Source: Fimicolochytrium jonesii (Eukaryota). Taken from it: a DNA stretch of 64,000 nt. Under the pieces are notes generated by a model. That model was not told where the DNA came from, made no database searches, and worked only from the letters and a program-made list of their open reading frames with translations. Below are positions 49,633 through 60,100 of this stretch, piece after piece. A program made the position numbers and the translations under genes. Position 1 is the stretch's first letter. Every line of letters begins with the position of its first letter. Location of the stretch: NCBI RefSeq assembly GCF_025526975.1, contig NW_026515689.1:372001-436000 (forward strand), given 5' to 3'.

Positions 49633-51912
49633 CTAAGTCCACCACGCAGTCCACCAGCTCGCCTTCGCCTCATCCTTCTCAACCGGCCTTACAACAATCC
49701 TATGCAGCACCCTATCCTCCCCGACCGACGCCTCCGTCGACGGGGCCCAAATCGAGTTCCAAAATCCGCTGTTTCCCGGCTTTCCAGCGCCTTCGACAGC
49801 ACCCTGGTACGCTGGATCTAGTTTGTAGTACAACGTCTGCCTCGTTGCGTCGTACATCCATTCGCCGTCGGAGACTTCGACGTGGACCGTGGCGCTTGGG
49901 TGTGTGTAGTGGAAGCCCGGGACGAAGATTTCAGTGATGCGGGTGATGTCCACTGTATCTGCCGTCGCGGTCTGATTCACGCTGGAACTCAGCCGAGGGG
50001 TGGTGAATTCAAGCACGAATTCCAACGTGTTGATATCAAACCGCATGAAGACCGGTTCCCCCGCGATCTTGGCCGCGTACGGTCTGACGACGGCGTCCAG
50101 CGCGCGTCCGCCAACGTGGTGTTCGTGGAGTCGATGGCCTTCTTCGTAGTGCCGTTCGGTGATGTCGAATGGTGCGGCGTGGGTTATCAGTTCTGGTTCT
50201 TCGGCGCTCATCGCGGATGAGGCAGCCCCGCCTGTGGATGACGCTTTCGCGGTCACGGCGGGGATACGCGAGAAGATGGAAAAGTCTTCCCCATTCCAAT
50301 GGTCCCCGTACACATTATCATTGTGCGGGTTGTAATTCCACAATGTAAAATTGACCAAACTCCCCTCCATAGCGCTCAACATCGCGTTCAGGAAGATGGT
50401 ATGCTGGGTGTAATCCCCCGTATCGAACGCGTGTTTCGAGTTGATATCCATCGCCAGTCCGCATTCCCCAAACACGATCGCCTTCTCGGGGTACAGTTTC
50501 CGCCCTGCGTCTGTGATGGACTTGATCTGGCCCATGTAGTTCTTGTTGGTGCCGGTCACACCGACGTAGGTTGCTGTGAAGAGGTTCAATGCCCCCTGCT
50601 GCAGTTTCCGCACGTCGTGGGTGACCAGGCTGTTGAAGGCTTTGTTGAAGAGGACTTTGAGATCGTACCAGTGCGGCGCGTACACCAATTGTGGGCTGTC
50701 GTTCTCTTTCGATATGGGGAAAGCGGCTTCGTTGGGGACGGGCTCGAAGAAGACGAAGAGGGATGGGTTGGCGGCCACGATGGCGTCCGTGTATCTCTTG
50801 ATGAAGGGGACGTAGCAGTCCTGGTCGAAATTGACCCGTTCGCCTGTGCTCGGCACGCGCGCGAAGTAGTTTGCGTTGAGACACCGCGGTACACCGTCAG
50901 GTCCAATGTCCCATACGCCATGCTGCTTCCATACACATTCCCGCCCAGGCAACCACGCAGACGCCTTCCCCTGGTTCAAGAGCCGCTTTCCTGCCCGCCT
51001 GGTGGGCCACGGCCAGCTCCGCACCCAGAAATCCACTTCCTGAGGGATGCCCGATGCGAGCGCCATGGACTGGAATGCGGACGGCACTGGTCCGATATGC
51101 AGGTCCTTGAGCGGATCGAATGCGTGTACGCTTTCCAGCCCAATAAAGCCGGGGTGGGGCTCGTTAATGACTTCAAAACCGATGACGCACGGCACGTTCC
51201 GGAGCCGCTTTGCTAGATGCTGGAAACTCGCGATGAAATGCCGTTGAAGGTAGTCTTGCGGATGCTCGCCTTTGTAAATCGCTTTGGGAGCGAAGATCTT
51301 CCCACCGAAGAATATCGTAAACATGGTTGCTGACGCCAGTTTCTGATAGTTCGTCGGCCATGCAGAGTGTCCAGAATCCTCTGGCTGGGCACATTGGTGC
51401 ACATACGCTGCATTCGTGTCCATGAACTTGGTCACATCCATTCCAACGACTTCAAATGTCCACCCAGGTGCTCCACTCCCTCCCGAAAACCTGCTCCACG
51501 TATCCTGGTGCGGATCAATAAAGCAATGAATGCCATACTTCTCCGCAACAGCCAGCAACTCAATCAAGTAATCTATAAACTCCTCATCGTACGCGCCCGG
51601 CCCGCTATGCTCCAACGCTTCCCACGTCACACACAGCCGGACAAACGTTAGGCCCCAAGATCGCAGTCGTGAAAAGTGCTGGTCCGCCTCGTCGAGAGGG
51701 AACGGGCGTCCGATAAAGGATACGTTCCTGTGCTCGAAGAAGCCTTCGCTGAGGTGAGTGGAACCTGGCGGGCTGGTGGGCAGCTTGGAGTTTCCTGATG
51801 CATTGACCCCGCGCAATTGAAGGACGCGGCCGTGTTGGTCGCGGAAATGGCCGTTTTGTTGCTTGAGAGGGCCTGACCACTCGTGGGCCTTGCCGAGCTT
51901 GGTGTGCCACAT
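49633..51912 (-). CDS. GH5 endoglycoceramidase-related protein (EGCrP/Egh1-like glucosylceramidase or steryl-beta-glucosidase); possible short 5' exon upstream
   Basis: LRGVN, SFIGRPFPLDEADQHFSRLRSWG, IDPHQDTWSRFSGGSGAPGWT, acid/base INEPH, YAPHWYD, nucleophile FGECG, GDHWNGEDFSI, GGRALDAVVRPY. Confidence 0.92.
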   Translation of the reverse strand: MWHTKLGKAHEWSGPLKQQNGHFRDQHGRVLQLRGVNASGNSKLPTSPPGSTHLSEGFFEHRNVSFIGRPFPLDEADQHFSRLRSWGLTFVRLCVTWEALEHSGPGAYDEEFIDYLIELLAVAEKYGIHCFIDPHQDTWSRFSGGSGAPGWTFEVVGMDVTKFMDTNAAYVHQCAQPEDSGHSAWPTNYQKLASATMFTIFFGGKIFAPKAIYKGEHPQDYLQRHFIASFQHLAKRLRNVPCVIGFEVINEPHPGFIGLESVHAFDPLKDLHIGPVPSAFQSMALASGIPQEVDFWVRSWPWPTRRAGKRLLNQGKASAWLPGRECVWKQHGVWDIGPDGVPRCLNANYFARVPSTGERVNFDQDCYVPFIKRYTDAIVAANPSLFVFFEPVPNEAAFPISKENDSPQLVYAPHWYDLKVLFNKAFNSLVTHDVRKLQQGALNLFTATYVGVTGTNKNYMGQIKSITDAGRKLYPEKAIVFGECGLAMDINSKHAFDTGDYTQHTIFLNAMLSAMEGSLVNFTLWNYNPHNDNVYGDHWNGEDFSIFSRIPAVTAKASSTGGAASSAMSAEEPELITHAAPFDITERHYEEGHRLHEHHVGGRALDAVVRPYAAKIAGEPVFMRFDINTLEFVLEFTTPRLSSSVNQTATADTVDITRITEIFVPGFHYTHPSATVHVEVSDGEWMYDATRQTLYYKLDPAYQGAVEGAGKPGNSGFWNSIWAPSTEASVGEDRVLHRIVVRPVEKDEAKASWWTAWWT

Positions 51913-52350
51913 TCTGCGACGACGAACAGGGAGCGGTCCTGTTTCTTGTGAAAGGATATGAGTTGAGAGGATTTGCGGGTGTTTGCTTGAACGTGGGAAC
52001 GCCGTTGAGTGAGGGGCCGCCGCCCATTCCTGCGGCCTCTTTTTATGACGCGACGCGAAGGAGCTTCAAGGAGGGCTGAAGGAGGTGAAACAGGAGGGCT
52101 GAAGGAGGTCTTGGCGATATCCTTCGACTATATATGTAAAATGCACAGTACTGTACATGTGGCATATATAAACAATACACGGGGAAGAAGCAAAGCGTCA
52201 AGACGAGGATGCCCCTAACAAATGCTTGGCCGGGCGATTTATGTGCGGATGGACCCGCGGGTATGTGGGTACGAATAGACATCCGGAGATACCACAACAC
52301 AAAAGCCTTGAAACGATGTTGCTGGAAAACAATGATAGTACGATTGAAGA

Positions 52351-53594
52351 TCATTTCTGGTTCAGAGTCTTTAAGATGGGGTTCCTGATAACTTCGGGGC
52401 GCGGAAAGGTGAGATACTCCAGGTTCTTTGCATATGGCGTTGGAACGTCAGCTCCAGTGACCCTGTTGACGGGCTGATCAAGTGACATGTTTTCGTCACT
52501 GGTTTTATGATGGTATCAATATCCAAGGCACGAATAGAGCGCAGATTGATGACTTGGGTAAGAGTGCGCCAAGAATAAAGATACGCATTCGACGCAGTCC
52601 CGTTTGCCGTTCCATAGTCGGGTAACTATCGGGTACCTCCACTTCAATGCCGTGCCTTTCCAATTCCTGGGCAACTTTCAAGCTTTGTCCGACAGCCCTC
52701 GAATGCTCCACTTTTGCCTTTCCAATCGGTAGAACAAAGTTGTCCTTGACAACGTCATCGGAGACGTCGAAAAGTACTCCGTACATGAGTTCATTCCCCA
52801 GCACAAGGACCGGGTCAGTGAAGCGCCGCTTTCAAAAGCTTCGTTTGCATCCTGTGCGTTCCAAGGGCTGACGACCTTCAATCCCGGTATGCGGCCGTAC
52901 CATGCAACAACTTCCTGCGAATGTTGCGCTCCTACTCCTGCCGCAGCAGCGTTTGGTCCTCCGCAGACGATTGGAAAAGAAAAGGAACTCGCCTGACATG
53001 TAACGCGTTTTCGCTGCAGAATTGACGATGTGGTCGATGCCTTTCACCTGGTAAGATTTAGACATGGATTCTGCATCGCGATTCAGCGAGCCAAAGGGTC
53101 TTTCCCACCTGCATCGCAAAGTTGAAAGTCATGAACCCGCAAACGGGCTCGAGTCTAGCCGTCGCGGCCCCGACCGCTAGGCCGGCGAACCCCGCCTCGG
53201 TTATCGGCGTATCAACCACTCGCTGTGGTCCAAACTTGTTCAGGAGACCCTTTCAGACTTTGTTAGGCACCGTGGAACTGAACAACGTCTTCCCCGAGCA
53301 AGAAGACACGTTTGCCCTTTCTCATTCCCTCCTCCATTGCTTGATCCAGGGCTTCACGGACTGTCATCTTGCGGCAAGATGAACGCAAAGGTGTCCCCTA
53401 CAGTGTCAATTTCCTCCGAAGCTCGTCAGTCCTCCTTTGCGAGTGGCGGCTTGCCTCCCTTCGCGCGCCATAGTGGCATCGGAGTCCGAAATTGCTCTCA
53501 TCTGGTCTGTGGTTATGGCCATCCCTCGCCAACCGAGGCTGCCCGGCACGCGTAGGTTGGCACCGAACCTGCGAGCTGTGTGCTGGAAATGCAT
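52351..53594 (-). pseudogene. PDB1: Pyruvate dehydrogenase E1 beta subunit pseudogene (unprocessed)
   Basis: [82 protein letters not shown]. Frameshift/stop at ~53250-53265, deletion between KAKVE and HSRAVG, first splice donor reads AT at 53501. Confidence 0.88.
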
Positions 53595-53856
53595 AATAAA
53601 GGGCCAGATTTAGCGAGTAAGCAGGGGTGAGTTGGTGCGGGCCCCGCGCAAAACGAATGGTGGGTAGTTGGGCTTTTTCCGAATGTCCATCGGCCTGGAA
53701 AGAAGGGGGAAAGTGTTGACCGCTGAGAAGACCGCGACGCGAGCGTTAAGAATGACCGCTGGAAGGACGTTGACATCTGGATATTCAAGCTGACCTGAAC
53801 CCTCGACAACGAGCACAGTACTGGACATAGACGACACAGGGCCATCGGTCGGGGCA

Positions 53857-56532
53857 ATGGCGGCGGTACGGGAAACGTCACTACATACTGCTCTTCCAGC
53901 AGAAGGAGCAGCAAAGCTGGGTGTCCACTTGGCGCCTGCGCCGTACGGTCATGAAGTCCTGATCTCGCTCCTGGAAGAGACGGCGAAAGCAGAGAGAGAA
54001 CGAACAACCTCAGCTCAGGGACCAGTTCCGGGTTGGCCAAATACACCTCATACACCAAGTACCCTGTCAGGCGGACCCCACAGTGCATATTTCGATCACC
54101 CGGGATCGCGGCGACCTTCGACGGCGTTGCTCCGAAGGCAGGCCTCGATTCAGATATCTGCCGCAACCAGACACGATGGGGCACCTCCATATCTGCTGCG
54201 GAAGGTGTCTCGCATAGTGCAGGAACCAACGGAACCGCATCACGGCACCCCTCCAGCCCCATTACTACGACACTCTTCCGCGACCTCGCCAGCAACACCA
54301 CCCGTTTCGCCATCTACGACGGTCACCCTGACCAAGGACGTGTTCAAAGATCAAGAGTACCAAGCTTACTTGGATCACTTAACGTCATGTTCTCTGAAAA
54401 CACTGAAATCCGAGCCAGCGGTGTTAGTTAGGGAAACCGCCAGGCTCCAGCAGCAATTAGCGGATCTCGCATACACCGAGTACAGATCGTTTTTGAGAGC
54501 AAACGAGTGTACGCGAGACATCAAAGGCACCTTTTCAACAATGGACGAGCAGCTGAACGCTCTTCAAGCATCGCTGCCGGAAGTGGAGTCTGCGTGCTCA
54601 TCATTCGCTACGTCTTCGACTGAGAGCATACTGAAGGATAGGAAGCGTGAGCTTCTCGTTCTGAATCAGCATTCGAAACTGGTGGAGATTCTGGAGATCC
54701 CTCAGCTAATGGATACACTCATCAGAAACGGCTACTACGATGAGGCGATGGACTTGCAAACACATGTACAAAGGCTGCTACTCAGATACCCACAACATAA
54801 GATTCTGCAGTCGGTCGGGAACGAATTAGAAGCGACAACGAAAGTGATGCTAATGCAACTCGTGAATTTGCTGAAAGGGGACGTGAAGCTTCCGCTCTGC
54901 ATACGCGTCATGGGCTACCTTCGTCGGATAGAGGCAGTGGCAGAGCCGGAGCTGCGGTTGATCTTCTTGCAGCAACGCGACAAGTTCTTCCGAAAACGCG
55001 TGGATGATGTGTGTGGGAAAGAAGGTGTAGGGTCGGGCACTCTCCGGGATCATGCGGAATACCTCCGCAAGTACATCGACGTATGTCGCGAATGCTTCTT
55101 CGATATCGTCGCGCAATATCGGGCCATCTTCTCGGATGCTACTGCTACCGCGAATACGAACGGCGACACTGGCATCGATAGTGCAGCACATGTCAACTTC
55201 ACATCCGCCTTACTGTACGATACCGCATCCCACTCCACTCTGACGCACTCTATCCTCTCATCCTACGTGATGCACCGGATGGACCATCTGCGAGAGGTCC
55301 TGCGGCTTCATTTGCTACAGATGACAGACGCAGCGCAGGTGGCCAGTATCTGCACGCAAACTATGTACTTTGGCATGAGTCTAGGCCGGATCGGCATCGA
55401 TTTTCGGAATGTGGTCCGACACGTGTTTGAGGATGCCATTGAAACCATCGTGAGCAGGACGATCATGGACGGGACAACGCAGTTTTTGCACTGGCTGCAT
55501 GAGACCACGGCAGAAGCTGCCAATGCCATCACGGCCGCTGCATCAGCAGATATTGCTGTGCCAGCATTTGGCAGCTCGAGGCAGAACAGTTCCCGGCAGT
55601 CGGCGATAGTCGCATCGAACCCGTTTATCAAAAGCGTATATCTCCGACACTCCTCAACAGCTTCAGAGAAAGCGCCCAGCAATCCTTCCCGCCCGAGCGG
55701 GGCGGCTCAACCCCTCGTATCTGCCCCAACCTCGCTTTTGGCGCACCCGCCGTTAGCTTACCTTCTCAACACCTTCTTCAATGCGTTTAATCATTTGCGA
55801 GCACTTCCAGCATTGTCCCTTCGGGCCCGTATAGAAACGCTCATCGAAGCACGACTAGCGTTATGTGCGGAGGGGTTGAGCGACGTTGTCGCAAGCGTTT
55901 GGGACTCGGATGTCTCAGGAGCATCCTCAACAACGGCAGATGTGAGGCAAATTGTCATGATAGTTGCCGACGCTTGGTGCCACGTTCTGATTCCAGCTAT
56001 TACGGACGGCTTCAATCGGATATACCCAGATTCTTCTCGGCCAGCTACGTCTGAGAAGGCAACTGCGGATGTAAATGGCGTAAAGGAGCGGCAAGACCCG
56101 TGGGCAAAACTGTCGCAACCCATGTTGAAATATACAACGGCCGCGCAAATACCGCAAGCCAAGGTCGAAAGCCATGACGCGTCAGAATTACGGCCAACTG
56201 AATTGGGCGGTACTCTCGGTGATGATATATTCCCAGCCCAGCTTCCGGATTCGGCATCGGCGGCCACTGCAATCACAGACGTGCCCTCATCAGGCACGGC
56301 ATCGAAAGCGCCCGATGTCTTGCAGGTCAGCGCTAATCCAAATTCACAGGAAGCTGCCGATGCCACCTTGCTTCAACCGTCTCCCTCAGCGCCTCTTGAC
56401 CCCACTTCGAAGATCACCACGCATCCGTCTCCAGAGATTGATCCGCTGTCGGCGAACCTGGTGGATGTTCCAGAGATGGATGGGGAGCTGGATATCCCTC
56501 ACGCAAATGACGCGGGCGCTGCTGAAGTATAA
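53857..56532 (+). CDS. COG8: Conserved oligomeric Golgi complex subunit 8 (Dor1)
   Basis: YLDHLTSCSL...EP...LADLAYTEYRSFL, LVEILEIPQLMDTLIRNGYYDEAMDL, LPLCIRVMGYLRR, QTMYFGMSLGRIGIDFR, HPPLAYLLN; single long ORF. Confidence 0.93.
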   Translation: MAAVRETSLHTALPAEGAAKLGVHLAPAPYGHEVLISLLEETAKAERERTTSAQGPVPGWPNTPHTPSTLSGGPHSAYFDHPGSRRPSTALLRRQASIQISAATRHDGAPPYLLRKVSRIVQEPTEPHHGTPPAPLLRHSSATSPATPPVSPSTTVTLTKDVFKDQEYQAYLDHLTSCSLKTLKSEPAVLVRETARLQQQLADLAYTEYRSFLRANECTRDIKGTFSTMDEQLNALQASLPEVESACSSFATSSTESILKDRKRELLVLNQHSKLVEILEIPQLMDTLIRNGYYDEAMDLQTHVQRLLLRYPQHKILQSVGNELEATTKVMLMQLVNLLKGDVKLPLCIRVMGYLRRIEAVAEPELRLIFLQQRDKFFRKRVDDVCGKEGVGSGTLRDHAEYLRKYIDVCRECFFDIVAQYRAIFSDATATANTNGDTGIDSAAHVNFTSALLYDTASHSTLTHSILSSYVMHRMDHLREVLRLHLLQMTDAAQVASICTQTMYFGMSLGRIGIDFRNVVRHVFEDAIETIVSRTIMDGTTQFLHWLHETTAEAANAITAAASADIAVPAFGSSRQNSSRQSAIVASNPFIKSVYLRHSSTASEKAPSNPSRPSGAAQPLVSAPTSLLAHPPLAYLLNTFFNAFNHLRALPALSLRARIETLIEARLALCAEGLSDVVASVWDSDVSGASSTTADVRQIVMIVADAWCHVLIPAITDGFNRIYPDSSRPATSEKATADVNGVKERQDPWAKLSQPMLKYTTAAQIPQAKVESHDASELRPTELGGTLGDDIFPAQLPDSASAATAITDVPSSGTASKAPDVLQVSANPNSQEAADATLLQPSPSAPLDPTSKITTHPSPEIDPLSANLVDVPEMDGELDIPHANDAGAAEV

Positions 56533-57137
56533 TTAAAGGGGCCAGGAAGGGAGGGACCAGAGTGGCAGGGGCTGTAACTTTTTGTATGTAACTGACTATA
56601 TAGACCCTCCAACTGAAAGCGCTAACGAAGAGCAAACGCTGCAACGAAGATCGAATAGAGGACATCAACGTTCCAGCTTAACGAACAATTTCTTGCACCT
56701 GGTGTTACACGGGATCGTAAATTGTGTGCAAACACGTAATCGTCTCCGCTAATTTCGACAGCGCGATATTGTGACTTTTCACTTTTGCATGACATTGCGG
56801 ATCGATCGAAAAAGGGTAAGCTTCCCAACGCAGACAATCAACATTGAGAGCCGCCTGTGTCTCCGCCCATCCAGAAGGAGCCAGGGCAAAGGAAGAGGGA
56901 TCGTCAGCAGGCGTCAAAAAGGTTTAACAAGGTTAGAGTCAAATCTCAAGCAGAAATATCTGGTTTGGAAAAGCCTGGATTCAACCTTTCCCCCACGGCG
57001 GAGACAGCTGCATTTCGTTAATGGAGCCAAAAGCTGAAGAATCTTGGATAGTATAAAAGCAGGACTGAGGTGTTGCAAGCAAAGTTCATTCTGGCCGAAG
57101 TAACATCATCTTGGTGGTTGTCATCGACCTCTCAGAC

Positions 57138-60100
57138 ATGCCAGGTTCAGATCGTAGCAGCTTCACGACGGGCTCCCAAGCCTTGTCCGTTCCTGGCAGC
57201 TTGGGCACTGTGCGCGGCAATGGATTCCTGAATCGGCTAGAGAAGAAATACAAAACGCCGTTTTTTTCGCTTTTGGTTACCCTCGTGAAAGGCGGGGAAC
57301 ACAATGTTACCGCTCTTATAATGATGATCGCCGAATGGCTCCAGCTACTGGACTTCGTGAGTCCCTGTCATTACAACACCGTCATAATCGTCAAACGAGC
57401 TGATGTTCATTTCTCTTCCTTTTCTAAGGCCTTTGACCAGTTCAAATGGGGGTAAGTAGATCTAGAGTCCTAGAAGCATCAACACGCATATTGCGTTGAT
57501 TAGCTTTTGATCGTCAATCTACGTGAACAGCGCAGGGATCGGAAAGACATGGCAGAATATTCTGTCCGTTTTGCAGTTCGAAAATCTCATTATCCACTCG
57601 ATAACTTGGGAGGTAAAGCGATTAAAGCGGGAGAAACGAGACTTCGTTGGGAGGGGTGAATTTGTAATCTCCTTCTTGTCGTAGGGCTTGATCGTCCTTA
57701 TTTCTGTGGTCCTCTTCCTAATAGGTAAGCACCTTCGACACCGCTCTTCTTGTGTGTGCATCGAGACTAAAGCACTGCCTGTTGAAGCGCTGTTGATCGG
57801 CTTGGCGTACTATGTATTTCGGGGATTCTTCCAAGGATCCTTCAAGGCGGGCATCGGCCCAGTCCGCTTATTGCGAGCAGGGGTTTCCGCATTGCGTGGG
57901 TTCATCCGTAAGAAGACGTCTATGGGTATGACATCTTCACTCACCCACTGGTTTTCCAGTTACCGTCGGGTTCATCCCGATGTATGTCCCAGTAAGTAAC
58001 TTTGCGGATGCCTCCAGTATACAGTCGGATGACACCCATTATCTGTGCTCACCCCATCTTCATGCAGCTCCTAGCCGTGTTCAACTGTCGACATACACAT
58101 GAAGTAATGGACGATTATCCACCATGCACCTCGAGTATAAATATTGTCTATATGGTCCTCGCGTCTATCGGCATCGTCATTCTCCTCCCTTTTACTGCTC
58201 TCGCAACCATGACATATTTCTGTCCCAACTCAGTAAGTGAGGATGGGTTATAGTATACCTAGTACTTGGGCTAATGTCTTTCATTGCTTTCCTCTCTACC
58301 AGCGGTACTAGACTCTGACACAATCGCCCGACTCCTAGGTGTTTCGCCCAGCTAATCATTGCTTATATGCAGCACGCCCTCATGGCACGCCCGCCCATCT
58401 GCACGCCAGGAACTTTTCGAGCTTCTGGGGAAGATTGTCTTGTCGAGCGCTCTCCATTTTTTGGTGGACTATCCAGTTATCCGCGCTATCTTGTACTTTG
58501 TATTCGTCACCACCCTCACCTCGCTCGTCTTCATCCACCTGCCGTATTACAACATGAAAATGAACTTCCTCAAGTTTGTCCTGAGCTTCGAGGTACGGTG
58601 TCTCTTTGTTGATAATGTTTTGGCGATGTTCTCGGACGCTGATGTTCTGCTAGTTGATGTGGTCGGGAGCATGCTTACTGGTTGTCGCTGCCAGAGACAA
58701 TGACGTTGATGGCAGAAGTGCCATGATCGCATTCTTCGCTGGTACACCCGTAGTCGTAGGGTTAGGCTACCTGATCATTTGGTTGCGATGGCGATCGCTT
58801 CAATCAATTTTCCCATCAGCGAGCACATCGGACGACAAAGGGGCGGATGAATTTGTTGGGAAAGATTTGGAGCATGCAGGGGAAAAGGCAGACCCGGTTG
58901 CAAAACGTCTGAGTACTGTGAGGTTTCGATGGGCCCATACCGTCGTCTGCACTACGCGCTTTCTCTCAGTCGATAGTACTCGAGAGGAAATCCATCGCGC
59001 GGAGCTTTTGTTTCGACGAGGCATGGAGCTGTTCCCTCAAGACGTTGAGTTGCTGATCTCTGCCGCTGTGTTTTTTACGGTAAGCAAAAAGGCAGACGCA
59101 CGAACATCCACTTTTGTGGCCAATCAAAACTGTCTCTTTACCGGCTAGGCGTACCGAGGAGATTCGGCTATGGCTATCATGCTTTGCCAAAAGGCCTTGA
59201 AGCTGAGGCCTGCCCTGGACCTTGAGTTCACGATCTTCTACCTTCGTCGTGGAGGCATTATCGAGGCAGCCGATGGCAAAACACATTTAGACTTGGTTGA
59301 CCAGTTGGATGTGCGTCATCTCACAAAGCGGGCGAAACGCTACCACGATGAGGCCAAGCGGAAAATTGGTCTTTTCTGGCGGCAGCTTCTGACGAGTCAG
59401 CCAGTCCCCGACAAGGTCCGCATCTTGAACGATCTGGCCTCGCAGATCAACCGAGCTGAGCGTCGAGGAGCCTCAACATACGAACAGCTGATCAATCGAT
59501 TTCCTGTGGGCCGTCACTGGTGAGTGGGCAATTGATATTGCTTCCAACGAACAACCGCGCCGCATGCAACGAACAACCATGCTGATACCCTTTGGTGTTA
59601 GGATCGCTTATGCTAACTTCGTGGAGGAAGTGCAAAACGATACCAGACGCGCGGATGAATTGTACACCCAGTACGAAGCCATTACGGAAGAATTAAATGA
59701 TGATGGCGAGGGTCGTAGTTCATCTGGCGGTGGCAGCTCTGCGCGGCTTGCGAGAAGACCGTCCTCTGTCAGCGGGAAGATCACTCGTATCGCTCCGAAA
59801 ACCAAGAAGTAGGTGGAGCCCCCAAAGAAACTGACGGAGGAAAAAACTGACGGGCCACGACCTCAGAGAGCGTATCGTCGCCAGAGAATACGGTCGCCAG
59901 ATCGCCGCGTTGAAATCTTCGGCTTTGCAACGGATGGGTCTCATCAACAAGTTCCTGATTATGGTACGTTCCCTTGAATCTTTTTTTCGGCATCCTTTAT
60001 ATACATAGCCACCTTAATGTCATGTGTCCCTAGGTTTTGATTGTCGCCGCTATTGCGGAGTTCATTTATCTGAAGCAGATGACAGGAATTATCGCAGGCA

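Noticed and set aside
50299..51216. 305-aa plus-strand ORF and similar long antisense ORFs (1097-1852, 36585-37334, 53513-54313, 44074-44742)
   Set aside because: Shadows of GC-rich codon usage opposite confidently identified genes; no motifs of their own.
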